A stretch of DNA of 64,000 nucleotides from an uncultured Leptospirales bacterium (GTDB lineage Bacteria; Spirochaetota; UBA4802; JAKQUI01): contig CAZZCF010000006.1 in NCBI GenBank assembly GCA_964652955.1, positions 10,460 to 74,459 of the forward strand. The letters run 5' to 3'. A program made the position numbers and the translations under genes. The notes beneath the pieces are model-generated. The model ran no database searches. It worked only from the letters and a program-made list of their open reading frames with translations, and was not told where the DNA came from. This document shows, piece after piece, positions 39,705 to 49,104 of this stretch (within the stretch, counting starts at the first letter, position 1; each line of letters opens with the position of its first letter).

Positions 39705-41123
39705 ATGACAGTATTAAAAAAGGTATTAACGCTGCGAACTGTTGTTTCTGCTTCTGCCGGGTTGGCGATGGCAACTTCATGCTATCTCGCAGGTCTCCAG
39801 GTGGCGATTATCCTCGTGGGAGAGCTCGCATGGATATCGATTCTGGTTGCCGGGGTGCTCTGCTTCCTCTCGGCAATGTGTTTTGCTGAACTCATATCAC
39901 TGTATCCGACGGCAGCGGGCATTAAGCTCTTTATTGAGAATGCCTTCAATGAAAAGGCTGCTATCAGCATCGCTCTGTTCTATGTCATTCTTGGTATTTC
40001 TATAGTCGGTGTTGAGAGCTATGTCCTCACCAGCGTTCTCGCTGATTCCTTGACTATTTTCAGTCCGGCTGTTGATAAATATATGTGGATGCTGTTCTTT
40101 ATATTTTTAGTTGGATATATCAATTACCGGGGAGTGAAGCTCACCGGCTGGGTTCAGGATGTGCTCACGTATGGCATGCTCGCCTTTCTTATTCTGGTGG
40201 CACTGTATACTATAACGAGCAGGGGAGTGAATGTCAGCGCAGCTCTGGCGAGTCCGCGCTTTACTTTTGAGAATGTTCTCATGGCTGCCGCAGTGGGAGT
40301 ATTCCTCTATGTGGCTTTCGAGTGGGTAACACCCCTCGCAGAGGAGACAACCGATTATCGAATGGTGGGGAAGGGGATGATGCTGGCCATCGGGTTACTG
40401 GCGATAACCTATTCCCTTTTTGTCGTTGCCATGTATGTCGGCCTGACCGAGGAACAGCTGAAAAGCGGTACTCCTATACCACACATCGTTTTCGCCCGGA
40501 ATATATTTGGAACCGCGGGCGGTGTTTTTTTCGTCATAATGAGTATTCTCGCCTCGGTAACATCCTTCAACTCCGGGCTCCTGAACAACTCCCGCTATGC
40601 CTATGCGATGGCGCGGGATAATGTCTTTCCGCGGTTTTTCAGCAAGCTGCACCCGGTGTATGCGACCCCCTGGGCGTCGATTCTCGCTTTGATGATATTC
40701 GCGATTGTGGTCAGCTCCCTCATTCTCATGACGGGAGAGTACCTCTTTATCATTGTCATGGCAGCTGCTCTGGAGTGTTTCATCTATGTGGTGATGGCTT
40801 ACTGCGTCATTCGACTGCGAAAAAAGAAGCCGGATGCGGAGCGGGCCTATCGTGTTCCCTTCGGGAAGCTCATTCCCGTAATTGTTATCGTCGTCTTTGC
40901 CGGGCTCATGATCGGCGTCCTGACTGATACGAGCAGAGATTATCAGGGGAACGTTCTTCTTGAGAACTACTGGGTTGCACTGCTCATGGTACTCTTTGCC
41001 ATGCTGATGGTGCTCTATACTCTGACCGTTGTACCCCGTCTGCGGGGAAAGGCGGCCGCGCGGGCAGCAACCCGTAAACGACGGCGTCCCGGAAAACGCG
41101 AAGAGGGTTCATCCTCTGCTTAA
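39705..41123 (+). CDS. APC-superfamily amino acid permease
   Basis: 472 aa with about 12 TM segments and APC-type motifs. Confidence 0.75.
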   Translation: MTVLKKVLTLRTVVSASAGLAMATSCYLAGLQVAIILVGELAWISILVAGVLCFLSAMCFAELISLYPTAAGIKLFIENAFNEKAAISIALFYVILGISIVGVESYVLTSVLADSLTIFSPAVDKYMWMLFFIFLVGYINYRGVKLTGWVQDVLTYGMLAFLILVALYTITSRGVNVSAALASPRFTFENVLMAAAVGVFLYVAFEWVTPLAEETTDYRMVGKGMMLAIGLLAITYSLFVVAMYVGLTEEQLKSGTPIPHIVFARNIFGTAGGVFFVIMSILASVTSFNSGLLNNSRYAYAMARDNVFPRFFSKLHPVYATPWASILALMIFAIVVSSLILMTGEYLFIIVMAAALECFIYVVMAYCVIRLRKKKPDAERAYRVPFGKLIPVIVIVVFAGLMIGVLTDTSRDYQGNVLLENYWVALLMVLFAMLMVLYTLTVVPRLRGKAAARAATRKRRRPGKREEGSSSA

Positions 41124-41178
41124 TACAATTTCTCCGGTGTATCGAAAATGCGGTAAAATGTTTATAGGAGCAGGAAGT

Positions 41179-41985
41179 ATGATTATGACAAAGAGCTTTT
41201 TCCAGCCGGAACCGAGGGTGCTGGCGCATCGCGGCCTTTCAATCGAGTATCCTGAAAATACGATCCTCTCCTTCAGGAAGGCTGCGGAACTTGATGTTGA
41301 CGTCATTGAAACGGATGTTCACTTGACGAATGACAATCAGTTCGTGGTTATCCATGATGATCGGCTGGAACGGTTGTCCGATGGGGGCGGTCGGGTTTCA
41401 GATTATACACTGGCAGCACTGCAACAGTTTGACGCTGCATATCATTTTACCCTCGACGGAGGGAAAACATTTCCCTACCGGGGGAGCGGTATTACCTTTC
41501 TGTCACTCGATGAGTTGCTTGAGGAATTCCCGGAGCAACGCTTCAATATCGATCTGAAGATAAAAAATCCCGATCTGGTGGACAACTATGCTGCAATCAT
41601 TCGCAAGCATCATGCAGAGACCAGAGTGCTCACCGCATCTGAGCATCGGATAAATCTTATGAAGATGCGTTCACAAATTCCTGAGATGGCGACGTCTTTT
41701 TCCATGGGGGAGGTTATTGCCTTTTTCGCTCTCTTCAAGACGGGATTTCTCTTTTGCAAAAAGAGTTTTGTGGGTGATGCTTTACAGATCCCGGAATTCA
41801 TCGGTCCATCTCGTATTGTTACCCCTTCATTTGTGAGGGAAGCACATGAGAGGATGATTCGCGTTCATGTATGGACAGTCAACGAAGAGCATGATATGAG
41901 GCGATTGCTCGATGCCGGGGTGGATGGTATCTTTACCGATGATGCGCGGCGATTGCAGCGGGTTCTCGAAGACTATTCTCGATGA
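41179..41985 (+). CDS. glycerophosphodiester phosphodiesterase (GDPD family)
   Basis: GDPD motifs (AHRGLSIEYPENT ... ETDVHLTNDNQFVVIHD); ATG 41179 after AGGAG. Confidence 0.8.
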   Translation: MIMTKSFFQPEPRVLAHRGLSIEYPENTILSFRKAAELDVDVIETDVHLTNDNQFVVIHDDRLERLSDGGGRVSDYTLAALQQFDAAYHFTLDGGKTFPYRGSGITFLSLDELLEEFPEQRFNIDLKIKNPDLVDNYAAIIRKHHAETRVLTASEHRINLMKMRSQIPEMATSFSMGEVIAFFALFKTGFLFCKKSFVGDALQIPEFIGPSRIVTPSFVREAHERMIRVHVWTVNEEHDMRRLLDAGVDGIFTDDARRLQRVLEDYSR

Positions 41986-42027
41986 GAAATAAACGGGGAA
42001 AAGAATGCTATCATCAAGGAGGCGATA

Positions 42028-42639
42028 ATGAGCAGACTCTTTGAATATTACGGGATAACGAAGAAGCAGGGAGAGGTGCTCTTCAGAGAAGGCGAGATGG
42101 CGGATTATCTCTATCTGATTCATCAGGGAAAAGTACAGATCAGCAAAAAGGTGGGAGAAGCGCTGGAGGAGATACAGACGCTCGGTGAAGGAGAGTTCGT
42201 CGGCGAGATGGCAGTGATAAATGAGGCACCCCGCTCCGCGACAGCAGTTGCAGTCGAGGACTGCGAACTGATCAGTATGGATAGAGAGTCGTTTAACGGT
42301 GGTATTCGTGAGAATCACAAGTTTGCGGTCAGCGTTATTGAAATGCTCTCTGAACGGTTGCGTGAAACCGATGAAGTCATTACCGACCTCGTCTCAAAAT
42401 ATCGTCGTGAAAAGCTCTTATCAGAGATTGCCATGGAGCTTATCAGAAATGGGAAGAGAGACGCAACCGGACAGTGGTTGCTCATTCCATTCGATTCATT
42501 CTGGAAGAGGGTGGTTTCAGCGCTTCCATGGGGGGAGGATTTCATACAGAAGCTTCTCGATGAGATTGTCAATGAGGGAACGGTAACAATAAAAAAGGGT
42601 GCAAATGGGAACAGATGGATAGGGTTCCGACGTGAATAG
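42028..42639 (+). CDS. cyclic-nucleotide-binding domain protein (no canonical Crp HTH seen)
   Basis: cNMP-binding fold (GEFVGEMAVINEAPRSATAVA); C-terminal domain unassigned. Confidence 0.6.
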   Translation: MSRLFEYYGITKKQGEVLFREGEMADYLYLIHQGKVQISKKVGEALEEIQTLGEGEFVGEMAVINEAPRSATAVAVEDCELISMDRESFNGGIRENHKFAVSVIEMLSERLRETDEVITDLVSKYRREKLLSEIAMELIRNGKRDATGQWLLIPFDSFWKRVVSALPWGEDFIQKLLDEIVNEGTVTIKKGANGNRWIGFRRE

Positions 42640-42745
42640 GGAATAAAAGAGAATGTACTCCCCTGCTGTTGAGCGGGATACTGCACTCTATGAGCACGGA
42701 ACGACGCTTTATCTCGATCATTAAAGAAGCATTCCGGTATGTATC

Positions 42746-43303
42746 TCAACTGAGACCGGAATCGTCTCCATCGTCCATTGAGAATTTATCTGCGGAAGCC
42801 AGCCTGCTTTTATACATCTTGAGATCACCGCCACAACTGGGGCAACGCTCGATTCCTTCCCTGACCGGATAGTCGTTTCCGCAATAGGGACACTTTTTAA
42901 AAACGATTTCGAGCTGAAAATCCGGGAATGAGTATAACCGTCGGTTATCGCGAATTATCTCCTGTGCGATGCCCCCTGATATTAATTTCTGGATTTCTGT
43001 CCTTACATCGTCGGAATCGCCCAGCTCCCCAATAATCGCCTCTCTGGAAACCTCGCCGTGGTTCTTGCGGGCGAGCGTGAGGAGCCTTTTCCTGATACCC
43101 GCAGGACTGGAACGAATGGACTTTCTAAATATGCGAATACCGACAACGAGCAGGGCACAGCCAGCGAAGATGAAAAGTGCTCCCGCTCTGAGTCGTGAGC
43201 TCTCTCCCTTTGCGGCTATAAGGAAAAGGATACCGAGGAAAAAGGAGAGAAATCCTATTACCGAGAGAAGCGCTCCGAAAATAATTCCAAGTGTCATCCC
43301 CAC
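42746..43303 (-). CDS. membrane protein (two N-terminal TM helices) with a cytoplasmic C4 zinc ribbon; last gene of the rSAM operon
   Basis: TM helices, then CPYCGND ... CPSCGG; start overlaps the upstream gene by 10 bp. Confidence 0.45.
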   Translation of the reverse strand: MGMTLGIIFGALLSVIGFLSFFLGILFLIAAKGESSRLRAGALFIFAGCALLVVGIRIFRKSIRSSPAGIRKRLLTLARKNHGEVSREAIIGELGDSDDVRTEIQKLISGGIAQEIIRDNRRLYSFPDFQLEIVFKKCPYCGNDYPVREGIERCPSCGGDLKMYKSRLASADKFSMDDGDDSGLS

Positions 43304-44559
43304 TGCTCCTTTGTTGTTCTGTTGAGCTCATCACCCATTGTAACAAAGAATTTCTCAATTCCCGACTCGGTGAATATCGTATCGGAATACTTATCCAGTG
43401 AAGTGGAAAACTCGGCAGGATGGAGATTATAGAAGGGAACATCGATATCTTTGCTCAGCTCACCGATTCTCTCTGAGAATTCCATTGAGATATCGGGTAT
43501 GTCAATGTCGAGTTTCGGCAGCGCGCTGTATTGATCCTGAGATTCTTTCACCGATTCAACACTCTTCTGAAACTCTTCAATTCCCTTTCGTATGCCCCCG
43601 ACAAGCGCGAGAAATGATACCGATTGCTTCAAGCCCTCCTGAAGGGAATGGTATACGCTGTTGAGCTCGCTGATTTCAGCGAGGCTGTCGACAATTTCCT
43701 TCCGGTCACTGCTCAACCGCTCGCCGCAGTACTGACAGAAGAATTTGTTTTTCCGGTTTTCTGATTTGCACCGTGGACAGGAATCCGGAATCGCTCCTTC
43801 GACTTTGGAAAGGAACGGTTCATTGCCGTTGAGGGAATCAAGGACGTTGATGAAGGCGGCCTTGCCAACCAGCTCTGCCCGGTTCTCAATGAGATGGTCA
43901 AGCTTTTCAGATATGATGGAGAGCTCAACCTGCGCCGTATTCCATTCTTCCTGAATTGTATCCTCCTCGGTGGAATAGGCCTCCATCTTTTCCTGCCATT
44001 TCTGTCGGATATCCTCGATGTCCTCTGCAAGTGTATTACGATCGAGAAGAAGCAGCTCCTTCTTCTCCTGAAGTTTCCTCATTCTGAAGAGGTTGGTAAC
44101 AATACCGAAACCGGTATTGAGTTCGTCAATTTTCTGATTGTAAGCGTGTATTTCCTGCTCGAGCGCCTCCACTTTTGTCTTAATCTTTTCCTCACGGTTG
44201 TCGAGCTTCCGGTTGTTTATTCGAATGTTCTTCTGAAGTGCACGTCGCTTCTCATCGGCGGTTGCATGCTTCTGTTCAAGGCTCTTTTTCTCTTTCTGGA
44301 GTTCACGTATCTTTTCATCGAAGATCTTCTCCTGCTTCTTGTACTCATCCTCATAGCGTTGTGCAATCTCTTTCGGCAGGGCGTCGGGATCATGAAAGAA
44401 AGTATCCTGCAATACTTTGATCTCATCGAGTCGAATCTGTTTGACATTGCTGAAATTGTTGTTAAAGAATTCCTGGATGGTATCGAGCTTCTTTCGAATC
44501 TCTTCAAGTTTATCGGCTGTCTTCTTCAGGAATGATATCATGGTTGTGAGATCACCCAT
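43294..44559 (-). CDS. long coiled-coil protein with a central C4 zinc ribbon (CPRCKSE ... CQYCGERL); function unknown
   Basis: 421 aa, E/K-rich heptad regions; start overlaps the rSAM gene stop by 8 bp. Confidence 0.45.
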   Translation of the reverse strand: MGDLTTMISFLKKTADKLEEIRKKLDTIQEFFNNNFSNVKQIRLDEIKVLQDTFFHDPDALPKEIAQRYEDEYKKQEKIFDEKIRELQKEKKSLEQKHATADEKRRALQKNIRINNRKLDNREEKIKTKVEALEQEIHAYNQKIDELNTGFGIVTNLFRMRKLQEKKELLLLDRNTLAEDIEDIRQKWQEKMEAYSTEEDTIQEEWNTAQVELSIISEKLDHLIENRAELVGKAAFINVLDSLNGNEPFLSKVEGAIPDSCPRCKSENRKNKFFCQYCGERLSSDRKEIVDSLAEISELNSVYHSLQEGLKQSVSFLALVGGIRKGIEEFQKSVESVKESQDQYSALPKLDIDIPDISMEFSERIGELSKDIDVPFYNLHPAEFSTSLDKYSDTIFTESGIEKFFVTMGDELNRTTKEQWG

Positions 44560-46015
44560 CAGTTGCCTCCTGTGATGTATTGATCTGTGCGTTCGATTCT
44601 TCTGAAGGAATGCCGTCTGCTTCGGAACCGAAACCCATCACCCCCCGTGTCTTGACCCGCAGGAATTTTTCCAGGCTCCAGAATGCATTTTTGAGCTTCG
44701 GTTTTTTCTTTAGTACCGTTTCGATCTCCTCGAAAGAACCGGCGGTTTCCCAGTACAGCGGGCATGCGCCGCCGCAGAGAATTTCGTACTCGCACCCTCG
44801 GCATACCGGGGGAACGTATTTGCGTTCCCTCCAGTAGAGGGCTTCATCGGAGTTCCAGATATACTCGAATGAATGTTTGAGAAGGTTGCCGATTCCACGG
44901 TCAAAACTGGAACAGGGGATGATATCTCCCGCGGGATTCACCGAAAGAAGCCCCGAGACGCAGGCACATGACTTTGAACCGAGATTGTGGTCAACGGGAT
45001 TAAAGATACAGTACGGTGTCGGGGAGTACCAGACAAAGGTTATGCCAACGGTCTCACAGAAGTTGATAACCGGTTTGATTAGTGCTCCGATGGACGAGTA
45101 AGTAATGTCCCGGTCATGTATCTTTGCCATGCCGGTCTTTATGATCATGTTCATTGATAAATAGGGTGGATCGAATTCCTTCTTGATGAATTCAACAAAA
45201 GGAATGAGCGTGTCTCGATTCTTATGGCAGATGGTTGTGTTCGTATGCGTATGAATCCCGGCCTCTTTCAGGGAGTGCACTCCCTGCAGGGTCCTGCGGT
45301 AGGCATGCCGGTTGCCAACGATGCTGTTGTGTATCGATTCACGGTGAGACTCAAGGCTGACCTGTGCGGATTTAAGGCCGGCATCAGCGAGGGCAGCGCA
45401 GTATTCCTTATCGGCGCAGCGAATTCCGTTGGTGATGAGATTGGTTCTCATCCCGATACTCTGTGCATAGCGGATAAGCTCGGGGAGATCATCCCTGAGT
45501 GTTGGTTCTCCACCGGTAAAGGAGACGGTGGGGACATGAGCCTCGTGAAAGATTTTATCAATGATAATCTTAACCTGGCTGGTGCTCATCTCCGCAACCG
45601 ATTGGCCGCGATAGGGACTCGAGGCGTAGCAGAAATCGCATCGGTTCTGGCATCGATAGGTGAGTGCAATCTCCGAGAGCACGGGGAACGAGATGCTGTC
45701 CGGATCGAAGTCGATGGTATCGATCATCGGGGCGGAGTAATCATCGTTCATAATGGCACGAATGCTCTGGAGGAGTGCGAGGAGATCGTTTTCCAGCTGC
45801 GCAGCGGATACCCGGTATTTTTTTGCGAGGGTGCCGATAACTGTTCCCGCAGGATGCTTCTTGTTGTATAGTGCATCGAGCATCTCGAAAGCTGATTCGT
45901 TGAGATGCTGAATTTTGTTCGGTCTGATAATGAGGATTCGATCAATCTCCCGGAGATGAATGACCTCCTTCGTGGCACTGAGAAAATCCTGAATGTATGA
46001 TTCCAGAATAGTCAT
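44552..46015 (-). CDS. radical SAM / SPASM-domain peptide-modifying enzyme with an N-terminal PqqD-like RiPP recognition element (RRE)
   Basis: Radical SAM cluster CQNRCDFCYA (Cx3Cx2C); C-terminal SPASM Cys motif CRGCEYEILCGGAC plus auxiliary-cluster Cys; about 95-aa N-terminal winged-helix PqqD-like segment (LNESAFEMLDALYNKKHPAGTVIGTLAKKYRVSAAQLENDLLALLQSI). Confidence 0.85.
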   Translation of the reverse strand: MTILESYIQDFLSATKEVIHLREIDRILIIRPNKIQHLNESAFEMLDALYNKKHPAGTVIGTLAKKYRVSAAQLENDLLALLQSIRAIMNDDYSAPMIDTIDFDPDSISFPVLSEIALTYRCQNRCDFCYASSPYRGQSVAEMSTSQVKIIIDKIFHEAHVPTVSFTGGEPTLRDDLPELIRYAQSIGMRTNLITNGIRCADKEYCAALADAGLKSAQVSLESHRESIHNSIVGNRHAYRRTLQGVHSLKEAGIHTHTNTTICHKNRDTLIPFVEFIKKEFDPPYLSMNMIIKTGMAKIHDRDITYSSIGALIKPVINFCETVGITFVWYSPTPYCIFNPVDHNLGSKSCACVSGLLSVNPAGDIIPCSSFDRGIGNLLKHSFEYIWNSDEALYWRERKYVPPVCRGCEYEILCGGACPLYWETAGSFEEIETVLKKKPKLKNAFWSLEKFLRVKTRGVMGFGSEADGIPSEESNAQINTSQEATDG

Positions 46016-46024
46016 TTCTTTCTC

Positions 46025-48781
46025 CTAGAAGCTCGAGACGCAGGCCGAGTGGCACGCAGAATGGCAGGCCGAATGGCACACGCATGCCGAGTGGCAGGCC
46101 GAGTGGCATGCCGAGTGAACGCAGGCTGAGTGGCATGCCGAGTGGCAGGCCGAATGACAGGCGTCGTAATTGAATGAGGAGATGTTCTCGGGCAGGTTGA
46201 CCGCATTCTCCACTGCGGTTTTGACGTCCGGGGATGTGAAGAGATTCTCGATATTATCCACGACCCTGCTCGATATATCCTCGACGTTCTCGACAATGCC
46301 CTCGGAGAAATCCTGTATGCTGTCACCAAGAGAGGTCGTTGTATCCGAGAGCTTATCAAAAAAGGTAAATGTCTCACCTCGTTCAGGATCGCTCTTTGCC
46401 TGCTCCATGAAAGTGGAAGTTCCCCGCTCGAAGTTGTCATGAAGGACAATCCAGGGATGATACTCCTCGAAGTAGCGCTTCTGTTTCCCGTAGTCGGGTG
46501 CCGAATCGAAATCGCTCCAGTGGCCGGTGATCTTTCTGGTATAGGTTTCAGCTGTTTTCTCAACATCCGCCTTCCAGACCTTCCCCTGCAGGGACTTTGA
46601 GATTGATTTCAGAATAACCGGAATTCTGTTCTTGCTCAGCGTTCCGTCTTCGGCAATTGATTGCAGGAAGAGGATCTCATAGGGCTGTAATCCCTCCTCG
46701 GATCGGTTCAGTATGTTCACCTGAAGGGGATTGCGGTTCAGAATGTCGATGTATCCCCGCCTGAAGAGATCCATGATGAGAAGGTTAATCGCTTTTGAGG
46801 GCTTGTTCAGAAGAACTGCCGCTTCAATGGGCTCAAGGTTCTCCACTGTTTCTGTTGTCTTGAATGTCTCTATCTGGATCTCGGGAGCGATGTATTCCGG
46901 CTTCTTTTCAAAGATCTTTTTTATGGCGGGGTGGAATGAGGCGAGCTTCAGGAGCAGGGTGACTATTCCCGCAGCGAGGTAAAAGAGAATGCGAAAGGGA
47001 ACCAGGATGCAGTTGAGGCTGAATATGTATCCCGAGGTTATGCTGAATTTCTTCCGTCCCCGTGGAAAGAAAACCTTACTGAAGAGATCGAACTTGATGA
47101 TTTTTCCGATCAGATAGAGCGGCAGGCCGAATATCGCTATCTGAATCCCGAGATAGAGAAAGTTGAGGAAATAAGCCATGAGAAGATGCGCAATGAGCGT
47201 TCCGATAATTGTTTTCAGGAAGTCGAAGTCTGTCTCTGAGAAGGTGCCTTTGAGGAGGTCATTGAAAAGGGTCCGTAGCGCAAAACTGTCCGTCATTTCG
47301 AATTCTGCTGGAAGCACCTCGAAGAAGAGAGGAATGGCGGGAATGTGATTGCTGCTTTTAAGCGAAGCGACAATATTCACATAGGGATAGTATCTCTTCT
47401 TTTTCGTTTTATCAAGATAGGACTCTCCCGTGGTCTCGTATCGCTTGACGAGACGCATGGCTGAAAAGTTTTCCGCAATTGCAGGATCGATTATGAGAGG
47501 GAGCCTTTTGTCATCCATGGGAAAGTCGGCAGTTTCAGTATCAAAGGTTGACTGGAAGGGGGTCGTGATCCTCATTCTGATGATTTCGGGGGGCGAGGTG
47601 AAGGTCAGAGCAGGCCAGGTATATGTCGCTCTGAATGTATTGTCAAAGAGCTCGGGAATTACCTCTGCGACGATGTTTCTGTTGAGCTGTATACTGACCT
47701 TGACCGTGCTCGCGTCAATAACCTGTTTCAGTATGAGATCGAAAGCAGCGGTATCATACCGTTTCGCTTCGGTGATGGTTTCTCTGAGCTTTGCCTGTAT
47801 CTCGTTGCCGTCGACGGTGACAGTGATTTTCTCGGGGGTGATGCTCCCCTTCTGAACGCCGAGGTGAATTATTTCTCTGAAGATATTTCTTGTGCCGCTG
47901 TTGTTGATAATGAGCTCAATGGCGCTCGTCTCGGTGAGAGAGCGTAAATCCTTTCCCGGTCTGAGAAGTGTAACGCTCAGAAGTGCGCTCTTTATCGTAT
48001 AGGTTCCCTCATCGATGAGTTTGCCCACGGTGAATTCACTTGAGGCATATGTGCCGCCCGGCGCGCCAACGGAGACAGAGGTGGCAGGTATGTAAAAGCC
48101 GAGTGATTCTTTTTCGTTAGGAACCAGGTTCTCCTTCTCGGCGTGAATGGAGAGGTAGTTTTTCCCCTTCCACAGTGACGGATAGTATATCCATCGGCTA
48201 TGGCTGCTGACTGTACCTTCGCCCGTTATCAGACCATGCTTGTTCACCAGATCGTCCTTAATCATTTCAGCCTTCCGGTAGCGGCGGGGTATCTCAATGG
48301 GGAGTATGATCTCGACAATCTGTTTTTTTATCGGGAGGCTCCACTGCAGTGGTGACCACCAGAAGAAGGCGTATTCCTGCCCCTGATAGGTCGTGCTGTC
48401 GAATACCGGCTTTTCCATTTTAAATCGGAGATGTACGGTGTACAGATTATTTTTCTGCGTGTTGATGTTGAACAGCGCGGCGTAGTAGCCGTTTCCCGCA
48501 CTCTTCATGGTAACCTTGAATCGCTTTCCCTTCGCCGTACCGTAGGTTTCGAGAAAGGTTACGGGTTCGATAAACTGTCCGATAGCTTTAATTCGATCTC
48601 GCGATTCGAGCTCCCTGAAAGTGAGCTGATAGAATATCTCACTCTTGCCGTCTTTGAGAATCGTGATATGATATTTGGCCTGTTCAATGCTCACCGGATA
48701 AGAGAAAAGCTCTTCCGTGGTAAAGAAACAAACAGCCATGAGGGTAAGAAGACAGGCAAGGAGAAGTGATCGTATCTTCAT
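46025..48781 (-). CDS. DUF2207-like membrane protein (signal peptide, about 480-aa ectodomain, 3-4 TM helices, about 300-aa cytoplasmic region) ending in a tandem (Ala-Cys-His-Ser)n tail of 11 Cys and 9 His
   Basis: Signal peptide MKIRSLLLACLLTLMAV; DUF2207-type N-terminal motif YHITILKDGKSEIFYQLTF; hydrophobic core; C-terminus DACHSACHSACHSACVHSACHSACHSACVCHSACHSACHSACVSSF; stop 10 bp upstream of the rSAM start. Confidence 0.7.
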   Translation of the reverse strand: MKIRSLLLACLLTLMAVCFFTTEELFSYPVSIEQAKYHITILKDGKSEIFYQLTFRELESRDRIKAIGQFIEPVTFLETYGTAKGKRFKVTMKSAGNGYYAALFNINTQKNNLYTVHLRFKMEKPVFDSTTYQGQEYAFFWWSPLQWSLPIKKQIVEIILPIEIPRRYRKAEMIKDDLVNKHGLITGEGTVSSHSRWIYYPSLWKGKNYLSIHAEKENLVPNEKESLGFYIPATSVSVGAPGGTYASSEFTVGKLIDEGTYTIKSALLSVTLLRPGKDLRSLTETSAIELIINNSGTRNIFREIIHLGVQKGSITPEKITVTVDGNEIQAKLRETITEAKRYDTAAFDLILKQVIDASTVKVSIQLNRNIVAEVIPELFDNTFRATYTWPALTFTSPPEIIRMRITTPFQSTFDTETADFPMDDKRLPLIIDPAIAENFSAMRLVKRYETTGESYLDKTKKKRYYPYVNIVASLKSSNHIPAIPLFFEVLPAEFEMTDSFALRTLFNDLLKGTFSETDFDFLKTIIGTLIAHLLMAYFLNFLYLGIQIAIFGLPLYLIGKIIKFDLFSKVFFPRGRKKFSITSGYIFSLNCILVPFRILFYLAAGIVTLLLKLASFHPAIKKIFEKKPEYIAPEIQIETFKTTETVENLEPIEAAVLLNKPSKAINLLIMDLFRRGYIDILNRNPLQVNILNRSEEGLQPYEILFLQSIAEDGTLSKNRIPVILKSISKSLQGKVWKADVEKTAETYTRKITGHWSDFDSAPDYGKQKRYFEEYHPWIVLHDNFERGTSTFMEQAKSDPERGETFTFFDKLSDTTTSLGDSIQDFSEGIVENVEDISSRVVDNIENLFTSPDVKTAVENAVNLPENISSFNYDACHSACHSACHSACVHSACHSACHSACVCHSACHSACHSACVSSF
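46037..46162. repeat. tandem 12-bp repeat (consensus GCAGGCCGAGTG on +, about 10 copies with occasional 3-nt insertions), in frame, encoding the (ACHS)n tail
   Basis: Visible directly in the sequence; period 12 preserves reading frame; alternative-frame ORFs over it are artefacts. Confidence 0.9.
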
Positions 48782-49104
48782 GAAGATAGCCCTTCTGTTT
48801 ATAGATTATCGGGGATCGTTTTCTGCGGGATAGGCGCGAACATTTGCCGCGACGCCCCCCTGCGGTATATCTACATAATTTCAGATAAAATTCAAATCTT
48901 TTTTCTCGGGAGAGAGCTCTTTTGAGCCTCCCGGTGAACGGGTTATCTGAATGTATTGTGGTGCTGTTGGAAATGTATTTTTGTGCACTGTCGGTTCGGA
49001 AAATTATTGAAAGCGCCTGTCGGTACGCTATGATATTCACATAATCGTTTTGCTATACGAAAAGAGATATCATACCTGTCACGAAGAACCGGAGGGGGGA
49101 TTCT

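Noticed and set aside
46037-46162. Short tandem repeats considered as a CRISPR array
   Set aside because: The period is 12 bp with no unique spacers, the repeats are inside a coding frame, and no cas genes are present.
45942-46566. ORFs 45942-46136(-) and 46012-46566(-) with proline/arginine/threonine-rich repetitive translations
   Set aside because: They are alternative-frame readings of the same 12-bp tandem repeat. The coding frame is the one continuing the 918-aa ORF and ending at 46025.
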